Shown here piece after piece: positions 1 to 10,993 of a stretch of 64,000 bases of DNA. Positions within the stretch are counted from its first letter, which is position 1, and every line of letters begins with the position of its first letter. The notes beneath the pieces are model-generated. The model was not told where the DNA came from. It did no database searches and worked only from the letters and a program-made list of their open reading frames with translations. Both the position numbers and the translations under genes were made by a program. Source of the stretch: Chara braunii (taxonomy: Eukaryota; Plantae; Charophyceae); the NCBI GenBank assembly GCA_003427395.1, contig BFEA01000040.1:1765869-1829868 (forward strand), written 5' to 3'.

Positions 1-1842
1 CTTGTGCAAGGAGGTCTGCAGATGAGCCCGGAGGACGCAGTGGGCAAGAGAGGAGGAGTTAGCATAGCGATAGGTTAGAGGCAGCCATTGCTGCCATAGC
101 TGTAGTTAGTAGTGAGTGTGTGTGTTCGCGTGTTAGAGTGATGCGTGTGGGATATCCAGGGTGATCCAGTGCATGTGAACAGTGAGATGTTTGGGCGCTG
201 AAGTCGCCATAGCCATTTGAGAGTGAACTCGTATCTGAAGCCATATCTCTGAGTTTTGAGTGGGCGCATGTCGCCAGTGTGCTGCGTACTGTTTACATGT
301 GTGAAAAGTGTGTTTGAAAGCGAGTCTGATTGCAACTGTACCTGTTAGGCATCGTGAGCTTTTCACCACGCAGCGAAGAGACAGTAAGCAATGAACTTGG
401 CAAGAAGATGTAGAGGGCGTAGAGGGCTCGTCAGGCGAAGAGAGGACCCGGTAGGGCACTGCCATAACTGAAAGACTGGAAGGCAGTGCCGGCCGTCTGA
501 AGAGGGGCCCAGCGGCCCGTTTTGCCTGGGTGGGTGTCCAGGGGATCGGTGCTCCGGTACATCCTGCCCGACACGGCAACATGCACGCTGCGTCTCTGAA
601 AAAATGGCGGGGAAACGCACTGGAGGTTTAAGGAAAGACCAGGCCCGGTCAAACATCATTTCATACGTAGGATGCCTCCGGGATGCGAGAGCGCTAAGTC
701 GAGCAGCGCTAGCAGCCGAGGGCAGCACCTATATCCTCCCAGGAGAGGCCATAGCTGCACAGAGTCAGAAGACTGGCGCCATAACCTTGAGGCACTGAGG
801 GGTAGGAGTGAGGTGGCGCTAGAAGGGCATATTTTCGGAGGAAGGGGAAGCGCGTGGAGGAGAAAGGAGTTCGCGGTTGCCAAGAAGAGCTCTAGCATGA
901 TATGCTCTTTGAAAACGGCAGGCATCAGGGTGGGAGTAACACAGTACTCTGTGCCCCTGTACTATAGTGTTGTGTAGAGTAGAGGATAGAGTAGGTGGTC
1001 ATGCCTACAGGACCTGGTACGGAGAGCCGCAAGGGCCGCCAACTTTTGTTGTTATTGTTGTTATATTGATTTTTGGTTTGTGACTCTGGTGAGAAGAAGG
1101 GTTTTTCATCACCAAAGGGACTTCAACGTTGACTCCACTTGTGCTCATGTGAGCATTGTTCTGTGGTTTCTGCTACTAGTCTGGTCTCCATATCCGTGCT
1201 GGTCAAGAGAGTTCACCGCGGTTGTGATTTGAGCTTCGCCTGTGGAGTTCCCCTGCAGTTTGGTATTAGGCCAGTTTCCTGTGAGATAAGTAACTGCAAC
1301 TGAACTCAATGCGCGGGGCTTTACTTTCACAGTGAAGACATTTGAATACATGGCATGCGACGAAGTCGCGATCATCATCCTGTGAGAGGCTTCATACTCG
1401 CTGGAGCAGACGTTTCATGCAGAACATTGTTGCGCCGCAGTCTGGGTTACCTCTCGCCGGAGAGCTTGGAATGGCAAGCAATGAAAGCAAATCTCGGTGA
1501 TTGTCGCTGCTAACATGGTGGTGAGTTTCTAATTTCAATATCACTCGATTTTCGTGAATTGGCGTGTTACCACTTTAGCGTTGACAGATGAAGTAGTACT
1601 AGGTGAGTGATCTCTTCGCTAATATTTTATTATTTTTGTACATCGACTCGTGCACGACATGCAGTTTGCCTGCTGAGTTTTGGGTCCCAGTCTGACTCTT
1701 GGTTCTAACTCTGTTGGCTGTAATGCCGGTCTTTGCCTCAGACAGGGACATGGGTAGAAATAGGGCTTGGTCAGGGACAGTGCGGAAAGTTAACAGTAGG
1801 GAGACATACTGAGAAAGAGCGGCCAGGGAAATTAGTAGAATA

Positions 1843-1970
1843 TCCTGCCATCTTCACTCAAATACAGTTCAGTACGGTCATTATAGATGTACCTGGGGCA
1901 TCTTCTTTCAGTCTAAATACAGCAATAATCATGAATAATGACCATATGTTGTATTCGGGTGAAAATGGTA
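1843..1970. mobile_element. Degenerate Tc1/mariner(pogo)-type MITE copy
   Basis: Ends cctgccatcttcactcaaatac...gttgtattcgggtgaaaatggtagg; internal gtacggtcattatag, as in copies at 10024, 36421 and 58737. Confidence 0.6.
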
Positions 1971-2674
1971 GGGAGCGGACAGGGATTTTCCAGCAGGTCC
2001 GCAAGGGGTAGAAGGGTCCGGTAGCTTTTCAGTAGGTCATGATGGCCAGGCCCCAAATGTAGACACTGTCAGCATCTAGAAGGCCCCGGTTCCAAACCTG
2101 CGCGTAGATATCAGTCGGTAATGATGTATCCACTGAAAGCAGGAACGGCCGGTAGGCCTAGTGCATCCAAGGGAGGCCTGGTAGAAGCAGGTAGTGCCTG
2201 GCCAAGACGTACCAGACGCCGGTCGGTGAACCGTATATTGCTTGGTGCTGGTGATCCACCCAGAGGTAGAGTGAGGTGAAGCACTTGGAGGTGAGAGGGT
2301 AAGGCTCAAGGGTGAGCAAGAAGACCTCCATGGCTATGGAGTAGTAGTAGGGAGAGGTAGGGGAAACCCTAGGCTATGGAAGTCAAGGGAGAAGACCTTC
2401 CAGCCGGGTTAGTATGGAGGTGAAGAGAGGTTGAAGGAGGAAAAAGGAGGTGGGAACCTTTGGAACCGACAAGGAAACTTACCTTTGGCTATGGTGAATT
2501 TGCCGCTCTGTCTTCCTTGTCGACACTGCATCAAGAAGGCCCCTGCTGGAGTACCGGTTGGACATAGACTTCATCTGAAAGAGTAGCTTTCGCGGTAGTG
2601 ACGAGGAGAGAGGCATGAGAGTAGTGTGTTGCCCTTTGAATATACGTGGAAGCCATGGATGCTCAACCATATAG

Positions 2675-2995
2675 CAAGTAACCATACCAAGTAAGTAACT
2701 ACCAGTAATTACTGGAGAGAGTTGTGGAGGGTAACCATACCAAGTAATGATACCAAGTAACCATACCAAGTAACCATACCAAGTAACCATACCAAGTAAC
2801 CATACCAAGTAATGGTACCGAGTGACCATACCAAGTAGTGATACCAAGTAACGATACCAAGTAACCATAGCAAGTAACCGTACCAAGTAACCATACCAGG
2901 TAACCATACTAAGTAACCATAGTAACCATACCAAGTAACCATACCAGGTAACCATACCAAGTACCAAGTAACCATAGCAAGTAACCATACCAAAG
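2675..2995. repeat. 13-bp minisatellite (AGTAACCATACCA)n
   Basis: About 20 near-identical tandem units; it creates the spurious repetitive ORFs 2479..3534 and 2709..3005. Confidence 0.95.
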
Positions 2996-4339
2996 CTTCG
3001 CTCACGGGCTAAGGTCTTTGCTAACCATAGCAAGTAGAGGATTGTGGAGGAGTGAGCTAAAGGAGAACTCTTTCTGGTCTGTGCACTGACCCACAGAGAT
3101 TCAGTCTGATATTTCTGCGGTTTCTGAGTACTGGTGTACTGATGTTTTGTGGTATTGATTTGCTGAGATTTCCGTGTTTTCAGTATGGTTGCTGTTTGCC
3201 TGTGTTCCCCCAAGTCCCTATGTGATGTTTGACATGCCTGTGACCTAACTCTGCTCTCGTGCCGTGCTGTGTGTGTTGCGAGAAGAGTAGACCAGTAAAT
3301 AGGTACAACAGCAGGAGAAGATCGGAAACAGGGCACGGGACGGGCTTCATTAGAAAGGCAGGGCGGACCGGGCCAAAAGTAGAATTTGGCACGTACCCGG
3401 AAGGGATTTTCCAGCAACTCAGGTAGGCCTGAATTAGTCTGGTGAACTGAAAAAAGAAAAACGATGGCAGACAAAGAAGGTCCGGTAGCAATCGGATGGA
3501 AGGACTGCCACAACTCCGATGGAAGGACTGGCACAACTTTGACTCAGGGCGCAGGATGCAGACCACCACCCAAACCACCAGATCCACAAGACACCAGCCA
3601 AGTAACTTAATCGGAACGCGAGACAGCCTGTGCCCAGCGTCAACAGCGGTTCCAATAGACTCTGTGATGTTTAGCGGCGGACGGTTCATACCCACGCCCC
3701 TCCTGTGTTTCTTCCCAGAGTATGAACACAGGAGGGGCGTGGGTATGAAGTACTATGAACCTGTCAATTTGGGAGGAGGTCCTGCAAGGCAAACCTGAGA
3801 GGAAACGCAGAGGGAAGGCAAGCTGACAGTCAATCGTCCGCAATTTTTCGGGGGCAATCAATGCTGCTCAGAGGTCTTTCGGCCAAACGGAAGGAAGTGT
3901 GAGTGTGTTATTTTTGTATTTCTGACTTGCTGGGGGAACAGGAACCGGAGTGACGCAAAAAAAAAAAAAAAAAAGGAACCGGAGTGACGCTGCCCAGAAT
4001 GGGGATAAGGAGCCAGGGCCATGAGATCCTGTTTCAAATTTCAATTTATTTAATTTTATTTTTAAAAAAAGGTGGTCCGGTAGCCTCGAAAAGAGGTCAG
4101 GGCCCGAACTTAGGTAGAATTCAGGCCAAAATTGGATGGCAGACTGGCATCGTGTTCCCGCCAAAAGGCAGGAGCTTCCAGCAGGCATAGTGCACCAAAG
4201 AGGCAGTAGTACCCAGCCACGGAAGGACTGGAGGCCGGGGTGCAAGAGTACGTTCCTCGGCCCAACGAGTGCGTCGGCACATGTTGCCCTCCATTCATGC
4301 TGCTGTTCCGCCCAAAGGGCGAGCTAGGTGAAACTCTGG

Positions 4340-4880
4340 TTGGAGCGGTGGAGCTGGAGGGTGGAGAAGAAGACCTCCATGGTCACAGAGTAGTAGTAGT
4401 AGAAGGGAGTAGACCAGGGCTATGGAGGTAGTGAGAGAAGCACCTCAATCGAGGCAGAACAGAAGGAGAGGAAGAAGGAGGAAACCGACATTGGAGAGTA
4501 GTAGAAGGGGGTAGACCAAGGCTATGGTGGAAGTGGGAGAAGCACATCAAGCTAGAGGCTATGGAGAAGGGTGAAGGAAGAGAGAAGAGGTTAACATGGA
4601 AGAGGAAGAAGGAAGGAACCGGCATGGGAGACTTGCCTTTGTCTATCGTCTCCACTTCCTTGGTTGGTGCTGCATTTAGAAGTCCCTGCGGGGGTGCCGG
4701 CTGGGATGGGACTTCATCCGGGAGTGTGGCTATGGGGGTTTGAGTGAGGAGAGGCGCATCAGTAGTTGCGTTGGCTGTTGGACATCTGCTGGTTCCAGTG
4801 ACGTTGCGCTATACCTAGATTGCAACCAAGCAGGGAAAGAGAGAAAAGTAAGGCTGAAAGGGAAACTCTTTTTAGTGCTG
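4340..4880 (+). repeat. Diverged tandem copy of ~2310-2680
   Basis: aagaagacctccatgg...gagtagtagtag, gacttcatc.g and gaggagaggc are shared with 2310-2620. Confidence 0.65.
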
Positions 4881-5845
4881 GCAATAAGGGGGATTACTCG
4901 GACATGATTCATGTTCATTTATTGTTGTATTTAGTTGATTATTTCAGGAAGAGGAAGGGAGACAAAGATGATATCGGATAGAAGAGAAGGAGACGACATC
5001 GGTTCAAGCTTACAAATTTCTTCTTCTTCCAAATTGTCCTTGTTCATTCTACTCCTCGCTTTGTCTCTTTTTACTTCTCTCTGAGTTCAGCAAGGGTTGC
5101 ATTGTCTCAAGGTTGAGTTTTGCATAAAGAATGGGGTAGGATCATAATGAAAGGATGTGACCTTCCTTGCCTGCCGAGATTCGATCCCGCAACCTGTTCT
5201 TGACTGTTGTTCTGTTTGTTGTATAAAAAAATAAAAAATAAAAAATAAAAAATAAAAAATAAAAATAAAAATAAAAACTTATGGTTCAGGCTCCTTTTCC
5301 ATTCTGGGGAGCATCAGTCCGGTTTGTATTCCACCGGCAAGTCAGAAAGGATTACAATATGTGTTCACTCAAGTGTTCACTCACGCTCCTTCCCCTCATG
5401 GTGTGGAGGCCCAAAGGACGGCATTGATTACTTCCTGAAGGAAGGATGTACCACTCTTCACCCCTGCCTGAGATTCTGCTCTTGTTCGGTAAGTGGTGTT
5501 AAAGCCCTAAGCCCTCGCTAGACCTCCCTTGTCTGTAGTCTGTCCCTGGCGGTCTTTTTGAGTGGAAGACCGACGGACGGTATTAATTGCTTCGCGTGGG
5601 AGGGATGAACCCTCCCTCGCCCCTGCCTACGTTAGCCTGGTTAAAGTGCTTTTGGCATGAGGTGTCTCTTCGGTATACTGTCCTGTCCAGCTCTATTTGT
5701 GGTCTGGCTATGGAGCTGTCTAGTTTGAGTTCATTATACTCCTGGCATTGCCTCTTTTCACTTCTCTCCAAGTCCATGAAGTCTTGCATTGTCTCAAGGT
5801 TGATATTTGCATACAGAATGAGGTAGGGTCATAATGAAAGTACTT

Positions 5846-6110
5846 AAACTTGAAGTGCGCTTTCATTAAAATTGACTTTTTTTATTCATTTCACAATTTG
5901 CACTTGAGTGACCTGAAGAGGTTGTTTGGCCTCGCCGCCGGTAACGGCCATTTTTTTTGGGATGAGTGATCATCCATGAGACTACCACTCATCCCAAAGT
6001 ATGGCCCTCATCGGACAGGCCAACTGACCACTTGAGGTCACTCAACTTGACTCAAGTATGAATTGCGAAACGGAAAAAAAAAGTCATTTTTTTTCAAAAA
6101 TGTTGTTACT
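5846..6110. mobile_element. Foldback/MITE inserted into the second copy of a local duplication
   Basis: 5097-5200 recurs at 5785-5845 and 6110-6160, split by this insert. The insert has imperfect inverted arms (tgactttttt/aaaaaagtca; tgagtgacct/aggtcactca; gggatgagtg/cactcatccc). Confidence 0.6.
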
Positions 6111-7235
6111 TGACCTTCCTTGCCTGCTGAGATTCGATCCCGCAACCTGTTGTCGACTGTTGTTCTCTGCGTTGTATGCCTGAGTGGCGTCGCTGCAGTT
6201 TGAACCCGGAACCTTGGTTTTGACTTACCCATATACTTACCTGTTGATGTACTGCAGACTAAGTGTGAGCGTTGACTGTGCCTGTGGAGTCTTGAACCCG
6301 AGACCTGCTCTTGTGCGTGCGTAAAGTCGATGTTCCATACCTGGTCCATTCCTGCGGTAAGTGTGCCTCCAGCAAGTGTCTTGGGGATTCCAGGGCCAAC
6401 GGGGGAAGTGACGCTGGGAAACAATACGTCAGAAATCGCTTTGACAGGCTTCAGTTCGCTGAATGATGAAGAAGCGGGCAGGGTTCAGTTCGCTGAGGGA
6501 TGAAGAAGCGGCCACAGCTTGGAGAAGTAGGAGATTGGACTGTGTCGTGTTGCTGCTGTTGTTTCTGCTCTTTTCCCGTTGGGGGCCAGCGCCTCAATGA
6601 AAGGGTGCCCGTAGTAAAGCCGCTTTTTGAGGTTGGAAGTGTGTTGTTTGTGAGAACAGTGTGTTGTTTGTGAGAGCTAGCACTCTTTGACGTTCAGGGT
6701 GAGATCCTAATTTGTATCTTTTTTTTTTTCTTTTTTTTTTTTTGACGGGGAGGCGAATCTGAAACGCAATTTGGACAAAATAATTTGTATCTTGGTATCA
6801 GCGAATGGCAGGATTTTCAGAGCAGGAAGTTGCATTGAAGTCTCGATTGACATTCAATGGTGGAGTTACAAGTGTGTGAGCCTGTTCTGTGGGGCTGATC
6901 CACTACCGCTGCATCATCCTTACTTTGTGCTATGTGTGTGTGCGGTATACGGCAATTGTAATTTTGATATTGCTATTGAGATTGTGGGAAGACCTTTCCT
7001 GAAGAAGGGAAACTTGAGTTCATGGGTTTATGTGACTTCCTTTATACGCCTGCACATATAGATATGAATGATGCATGATCATTGAGAGTCTCCTTGCAAT
7101 ACCTTATGTCGGCAAATACAATCTTTCAGACATCGACTCTTCTTCATTCATTCATTATTATTCTAGATCTTGATTATTAACTAGGAGGGGAAAATGATGA
7201 GAGGGAGATGATATTCGCTCCCACTTGTGTTCTTC

Positions 7236-7281
7236 TCTACTGCTACTGCTGCTACTACTACTGGTACTACTGCTACTACTG

Positions 7282-7312
<31 letters not shown>

Positions 7313-7737
7313 CACTACCACCGCTACCACCATCACCACCACTACCACTGCCACTACCACCACTACCCCTACCACCACTACCGCTACCTCTACTGCCACA
7401 ACAACTAATGCTACAACTACAACAACTACCACTACTACTACCACCACTACTGCTACCACCACTACTACCACCACTACCGCTACCACCACTACCACCACTA
7501 CTACTACCACCATCACCACTACGACCACTACAACCACTACCACCACCACTACTACCTCTACCACCACTACTACTACCACTACCACTACTACTCCCACTAC
7601 CAGTACCACTAAATTACTACCACTACCACTACTACTCCCGCTGCCACTACCACTAAACTACTACCACTACCACCACTACGACGACGACTACCACTAGTAC
7701 CACTACCACCACCACTACCACCATTACTACTACTACT
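7236..7737. repeat. (ACT/ACC)n trinucleotide microsatellite
   Basis: About 500 bp of ctacta/ccacca triplets giving poly-T/V/L/P pseudo-ORFs. Confidence 0.97.
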
Positions 7738-8235
7738 TTCCATCCTTCTTCTTTTCTCTTATTTTCTCCTGAACTCATTCTTCTTCTGTTTGAACTGAGA
7801 TGTGCGGCAATGTCTCACATTTGAGTAATATTGCAACATGAAATGCACAGAGTCATAGCAACTCAGCTGCAACTGTCAATTTTTTGCGCTTGTCATACCC
7901 TTCGTCTGCAACTATTACAGTCTTCAACTGGTTAAAACTGTTAAGGGTGTTGTCATCAGTGTTAGAGCGGTCTGTCCTTGCGGATGAATAATCAGTTTAA
8001 TGAAGATTAAGTTTAATCAGCATACTAATGATGGTCTAATAATTAAGAGATTCGTTAGTCAATCAAGGAGCCTGTAGTTGTGAATAGATTGGAGTTTAAT
8101 CTATGACAGTTGAGTTGATAGATATATTTTCTGCCCAGTTAGGTGATAATGCTGGAAGGCAGTGATTACAGCTGTTGTCCTGATTCACGCCGCACTTTGC
8201 CCCAGGGCCTGTTGAATGAGCAAAGAGGTGGGTTA

Positions 8236-8494
8236 GGTAGCTTGGCTGGGGGCAAGGAAAACACCTGGTCCCTACAGGTGCGTAGAAACAGAGGAAAGAT
8301 CAAGAACACCTAGACTGTGCTGGCAATGGCGGCAGCAGGGTCAGCCCGGTCGGGGACGAGTCAGGTGTTTTCCTTGCCTCCAGGCAATCAGGCCTGACTC
8401 ATTCCCCACTGGGCCGACCCTGCTGCCGCCATTGCCAACACAGTCTAGGTACCAGTAGAGACGAGGTGTTTTCCTTGTCCCCAGCCAAGCTACC
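8236..8494. repeat. Long imperfect inverted repeat (foldback)
   Basis: ggtagcttggctggggg.aaggaaaacacct pairs with aggtgttttccttgtccccagccaagctacc; acctagactgtg.tggcaatggcggcagcagggtc pairs with gaccctgctgccgccattgcca.cacagtctaggt. Confidence 0.85.
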
Positions 8495-8912
8495 GGGCCG
8501 ACCCTGCTGCCAACCCTAGCTTTTCCACTGCATGAAGATTGCCAGAGTCTGCTGCCGCCATTGCCTCAGGCTCTTGCAGGGGTAAGTCATTGACAGGGAG
8601 TCCAGCCAGACCTGCGGCAATTACTGCAGCAGGGCTGATGAACGATCGGGGCACAACAGCACAAAGATCCCCAAAACATAATGTAGTCGCTAGCTGCCGC
8701 ACCATCGTTGCGTACATGTCAGGGACGGAACAACCTCCAACGCTTACCCAAGTATTAGAGTGGGAGAAAAGAGAACAGGATGCAAAGCTCAGGGAACTAG
8801 AAGAGGAGAAGATGAAGGGAGCGGAGCTTATAGACTGAGTTAGAACAGGAGGGAAAGAGGTTCATTAGAGAGAAAATAGAGGAGGGTCCGCTGGAAATCG
8901 CAGCGTGTGTTG

Positions 8913-9297
8913 GGAAGACGGCATGTGCGGCCCCTCTTCAAGTGGACAATTCTCCTCGCCATGACTGTGTTGCTGAAAGCCGGCTATGCAATTTCCATGG
9001 GCATCCATGAGCTTGTGCAGGATATGGGTGATGTGACCCAACTGGACAAGCTTTGTGATTGGAGCAGTGGGAAACTCTGGTGTGGATTTTGTGGGACCAG
9101 GGAGACCTCGAGCGGAGAATGAACTGTGTTGCGGAAAACCGGCTATATGCAATTTTCCATGGGCATCGATCAGATTGTGAGGGACTTGGGTGATGTGACC
9201 AACTGGACAAGTGTGGGATGCTGGCGTGGATTTTGTGGGAACAGGAAGACCTCAAGCGGAGAATGAATGCCGTTGGAAAGGATGTATTCAAGGAAGT
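8913..9297 (+). pseudogene. TORNADO1-like C-terminal fragment, internally duplicated and frameshifted
   Basis: RH..LFKWTILLAMTVLLKAGYAISMG matches RHAWTLFKWTILAMTVLLKAGCAISMG at 59.8 kb. ~8963-9123 is repeated at ~9124-9297, ending RRMNAVGKDVFK versus KRMNASGKDMFK. Confidence 0.9.
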
Positions 9298-9577
9298 GGT
9301 GTGCAGCCGTGAAAAACACCCCCTTCGTGCTGTGTGCTGCAGTGAATTTGTCATTTCTTGCTGAAATTTGTTGGCATTGTCTGGTCCGGAATCATCGGGC
9401 CTGCTAATCGCTGGTCAAGACAGGCAAGGCAGTGCTGCCACATACAGCAGACAAAGACAATGTTCAATCCTGGAAGAGCATTGAGCGCATCTTTGTGGAC
9501 GGCAAAACAGTTGCTGAGTCTGCGCTGCAGGCTTTGGATTTCCACGCACTCCGGTGCCTAGCAAGATGTATTCATGG

Positions 9578-9730
9578 TACGCTGGACCCCGTTTCCAGCA
9601 GGTGAGCCTCCCCACCAATAGATGGAGCCTCAATTCCGCTGGTTCTCTTACCACAACTGGGATAGAGGCCTTGCACAAGTGCCTTCTCAAAAAAAACAAA
9701 GACAAAAAAAAAAAACAAAAAAAAAAACAT
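9578..9730 (+). repeat. Dispersed short repeat (also ~14300-14378 on - and ~49870-50000 on +), possibly a SINE/LINE tail
   Basis: Shared acgctggacc..gtttccagcaggtg....cccca..a.taga; two copies end in A-runs. Confidence 0.65.
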
Positions 9731-9853
9731 TGTCGTGGCGTTCGAGAACAATGGCACAGACGTTCGAGAACAATGGCACAGAATTGATCAGGAGGGAGGT
9801 CAAAACGGTAATCCTTACCTTGCTCCACACATTCCCTCCTTCCTTTTCCTTAA

Positions 9854-10130
9854 ACCACTAGTACCTTTGTCGGTTCGAAAATACTGGGCCTCCGACCTTT
9901 CAGGAGGCCGAAACAAAACGACGGCCGCTGATCAGATTTATCAATGGCAGACGTTGTCTGGCCCCGCCTCCGAAAGTTCAGAGGTAGACCAAATCTTGTC
10001 GAAACCGGATGACAAAGGTACTACAGTCTTCCCCCGAATACAACGTACGGTCATTATAGCTGAATTTAGACCAAAAGCCAAATTCAGCTATAATGACCGT
10101 ACGTTGTATTCGGGGGAAGACTGTAGTGGT
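9854..10130. mobile_element. TTAA-flanked MITE (TIR ACCAC[CT]AGTAC) carrying a nested MITE in its right TIR
   Basis: ttaa|accactagtacctttgtc...gacaaaggtac[insert]tagtggt|ttaa. Confidence 0.8.
10024..10123. mobile_element. 100-bp palindromic Tc1/mariner(pogo)-type MITE with TA TSD
   Basis: TA|cagtcttcccccgaatacaacgtacggtcattatagctgaattt...aaattcagctataatgaccgtacgttgtattcgggggaagactg|TA; the ~44-bp arms are perfect. Confidence 0.9.
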
Positions 10131-10134
10131 TTAA

Positions 10135-10305
10135 ACCACCTGGTCCAGTGACTGTACTGGTAGTACATCCGAAATTTAAAGCAGATCAAGCCTCTCCTGA
10201 ATGTTCGGAGGCCTGGAGCATCGATAAAATGAATCCGATTCGATGGTTCACAGCCTCCTATCTTTTTGGAGAGGCTCAATCTCCTTTTTCGGATGTACTT
10301 GTGGT
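10135..10305. mobile_element. Second TTAA-MITE abutting the first (shared TTAA at 10131-10134)
   Basis: accacc...gtacatccgaaa ... tttcggatgtacttgtggt|ttaa. Confidence 0.65.
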
Positions 10306-10589
10306 TTAATGCAGCAGAATTAAGATTAAGTACAAACTTGAGAAACTTTGGGGGCTGGGGAGCTTGATGGATGGAATCAATGATCAATCCGGGTCTTCGG
10401 TTGATCACCGCCAGTATGTGCGAGGGATGGATTAGAGAGGTCTCAACGAAACTTTGGCGGAGCAAATAGAGGAGGAGTTCTCCCGGCGTGTGTACTTCAG
10501 TGGTAGGTTGATGGTTCAGAAGCATGGGACAAGCAGACAAAATGGATTCCCAACTTGGTATACAGAGGTTTGAATTGGTTGGGTCTTAA

Positions 10590-10730
10590 AGCACCAGTAC
10601 ATGGGCACCTGGGCCGCAGGTCTGACACCTCAAATTCTGGAGGCGCGAAACGAAAACGTGGCCGCCGATTGAATTTATCAACGGCCGGCCCACCGTTTGA
10701 CGTTTCGGCCTCGTGTTCTTGTGGCGGACA
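10590..10730. mobile_element. Truncated TTAA-MITE
   Basis: ttaa|agcaccagtac plus the family core gaggcgcgaaacgaaaacgtggccg...atttatcaac; no right TIR seen. Confidence 0.6.
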
Positions 10731-10804
10731 GCAAGGTTGATGCCAAAGCACACCAAGCAATCAAAAAAAGCTTATCAATCATTGGCAAACCAATAAAAGA
10801 GAAA

Positions 10805-10807
<3 letters not shown>

Positions 10808-10873
<66 letters not shown>
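10808..10873. repeat. (GA)n microsatellite
   Basis: Pure GA run. Similar GA/CT runs occur at 19.1-19.3, 54.5-55.2, 57.6-57.8 and 63.3-63.4 kb. Confidence 0.97.
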
Positions 10874-10877
<4 letters not shown>

Positions 10878-10993
10878 GTAAAGTACGGGAGTACTCAACC
10901 CTGAAATTCCCGAAACGCGACCACAATGGCCGAAAGATTTAAAATACAGTGCCGCCGATGCACCAAAAGATAAACGTGGTAACCTGGCGCAGC

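Larger units (their letters stand above)
930..3090 (+). repeat. Inverted diverged copy of the 3' flank of the TRN1-like gene (homologous to ~59370-58270 on -)
   Basis: Colinear shared blocks read by eye: tagagtagaggatagagtag; atgtgagcattg..tggtttct.ctactagtctggtc; aagaccttccagcc.gg...gaggttgaaggagga; cttacctttggctatggtgaat; gaaggcccctgctgg.gtaccggttgg; ggaggagtgagcta.aggaga.ctctttct.gtctgt. Confidence 0.8.

Noticed and set aside
1-930. Coding end of a TRN1-like paralog on the + strand
   Set aside because: No frame shows the RVRY..G.VAWIC terminus; only weak nucleotide similarity near 875-890.
2479-3534. 351-aa ORF with repeated WLLGMVTWYGYLV (membrane-like)
   Set aside because: It is the translation of the 13-bp minisatellite; the same peptide appears in multiple frames.
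7181-7697. Poly-Thr mucin-like / poly-Val ORFs
   Set aside because: Trinucleotide microsatellite lacking stops in several frames; no flanking coding signal.
9885-9915. GGCCTCC-loop-GGAGGCC-GAAAC resembling a hammerhead stem II
   Set aside because: No CUGANGA upstream and no NUH triplet downstream.
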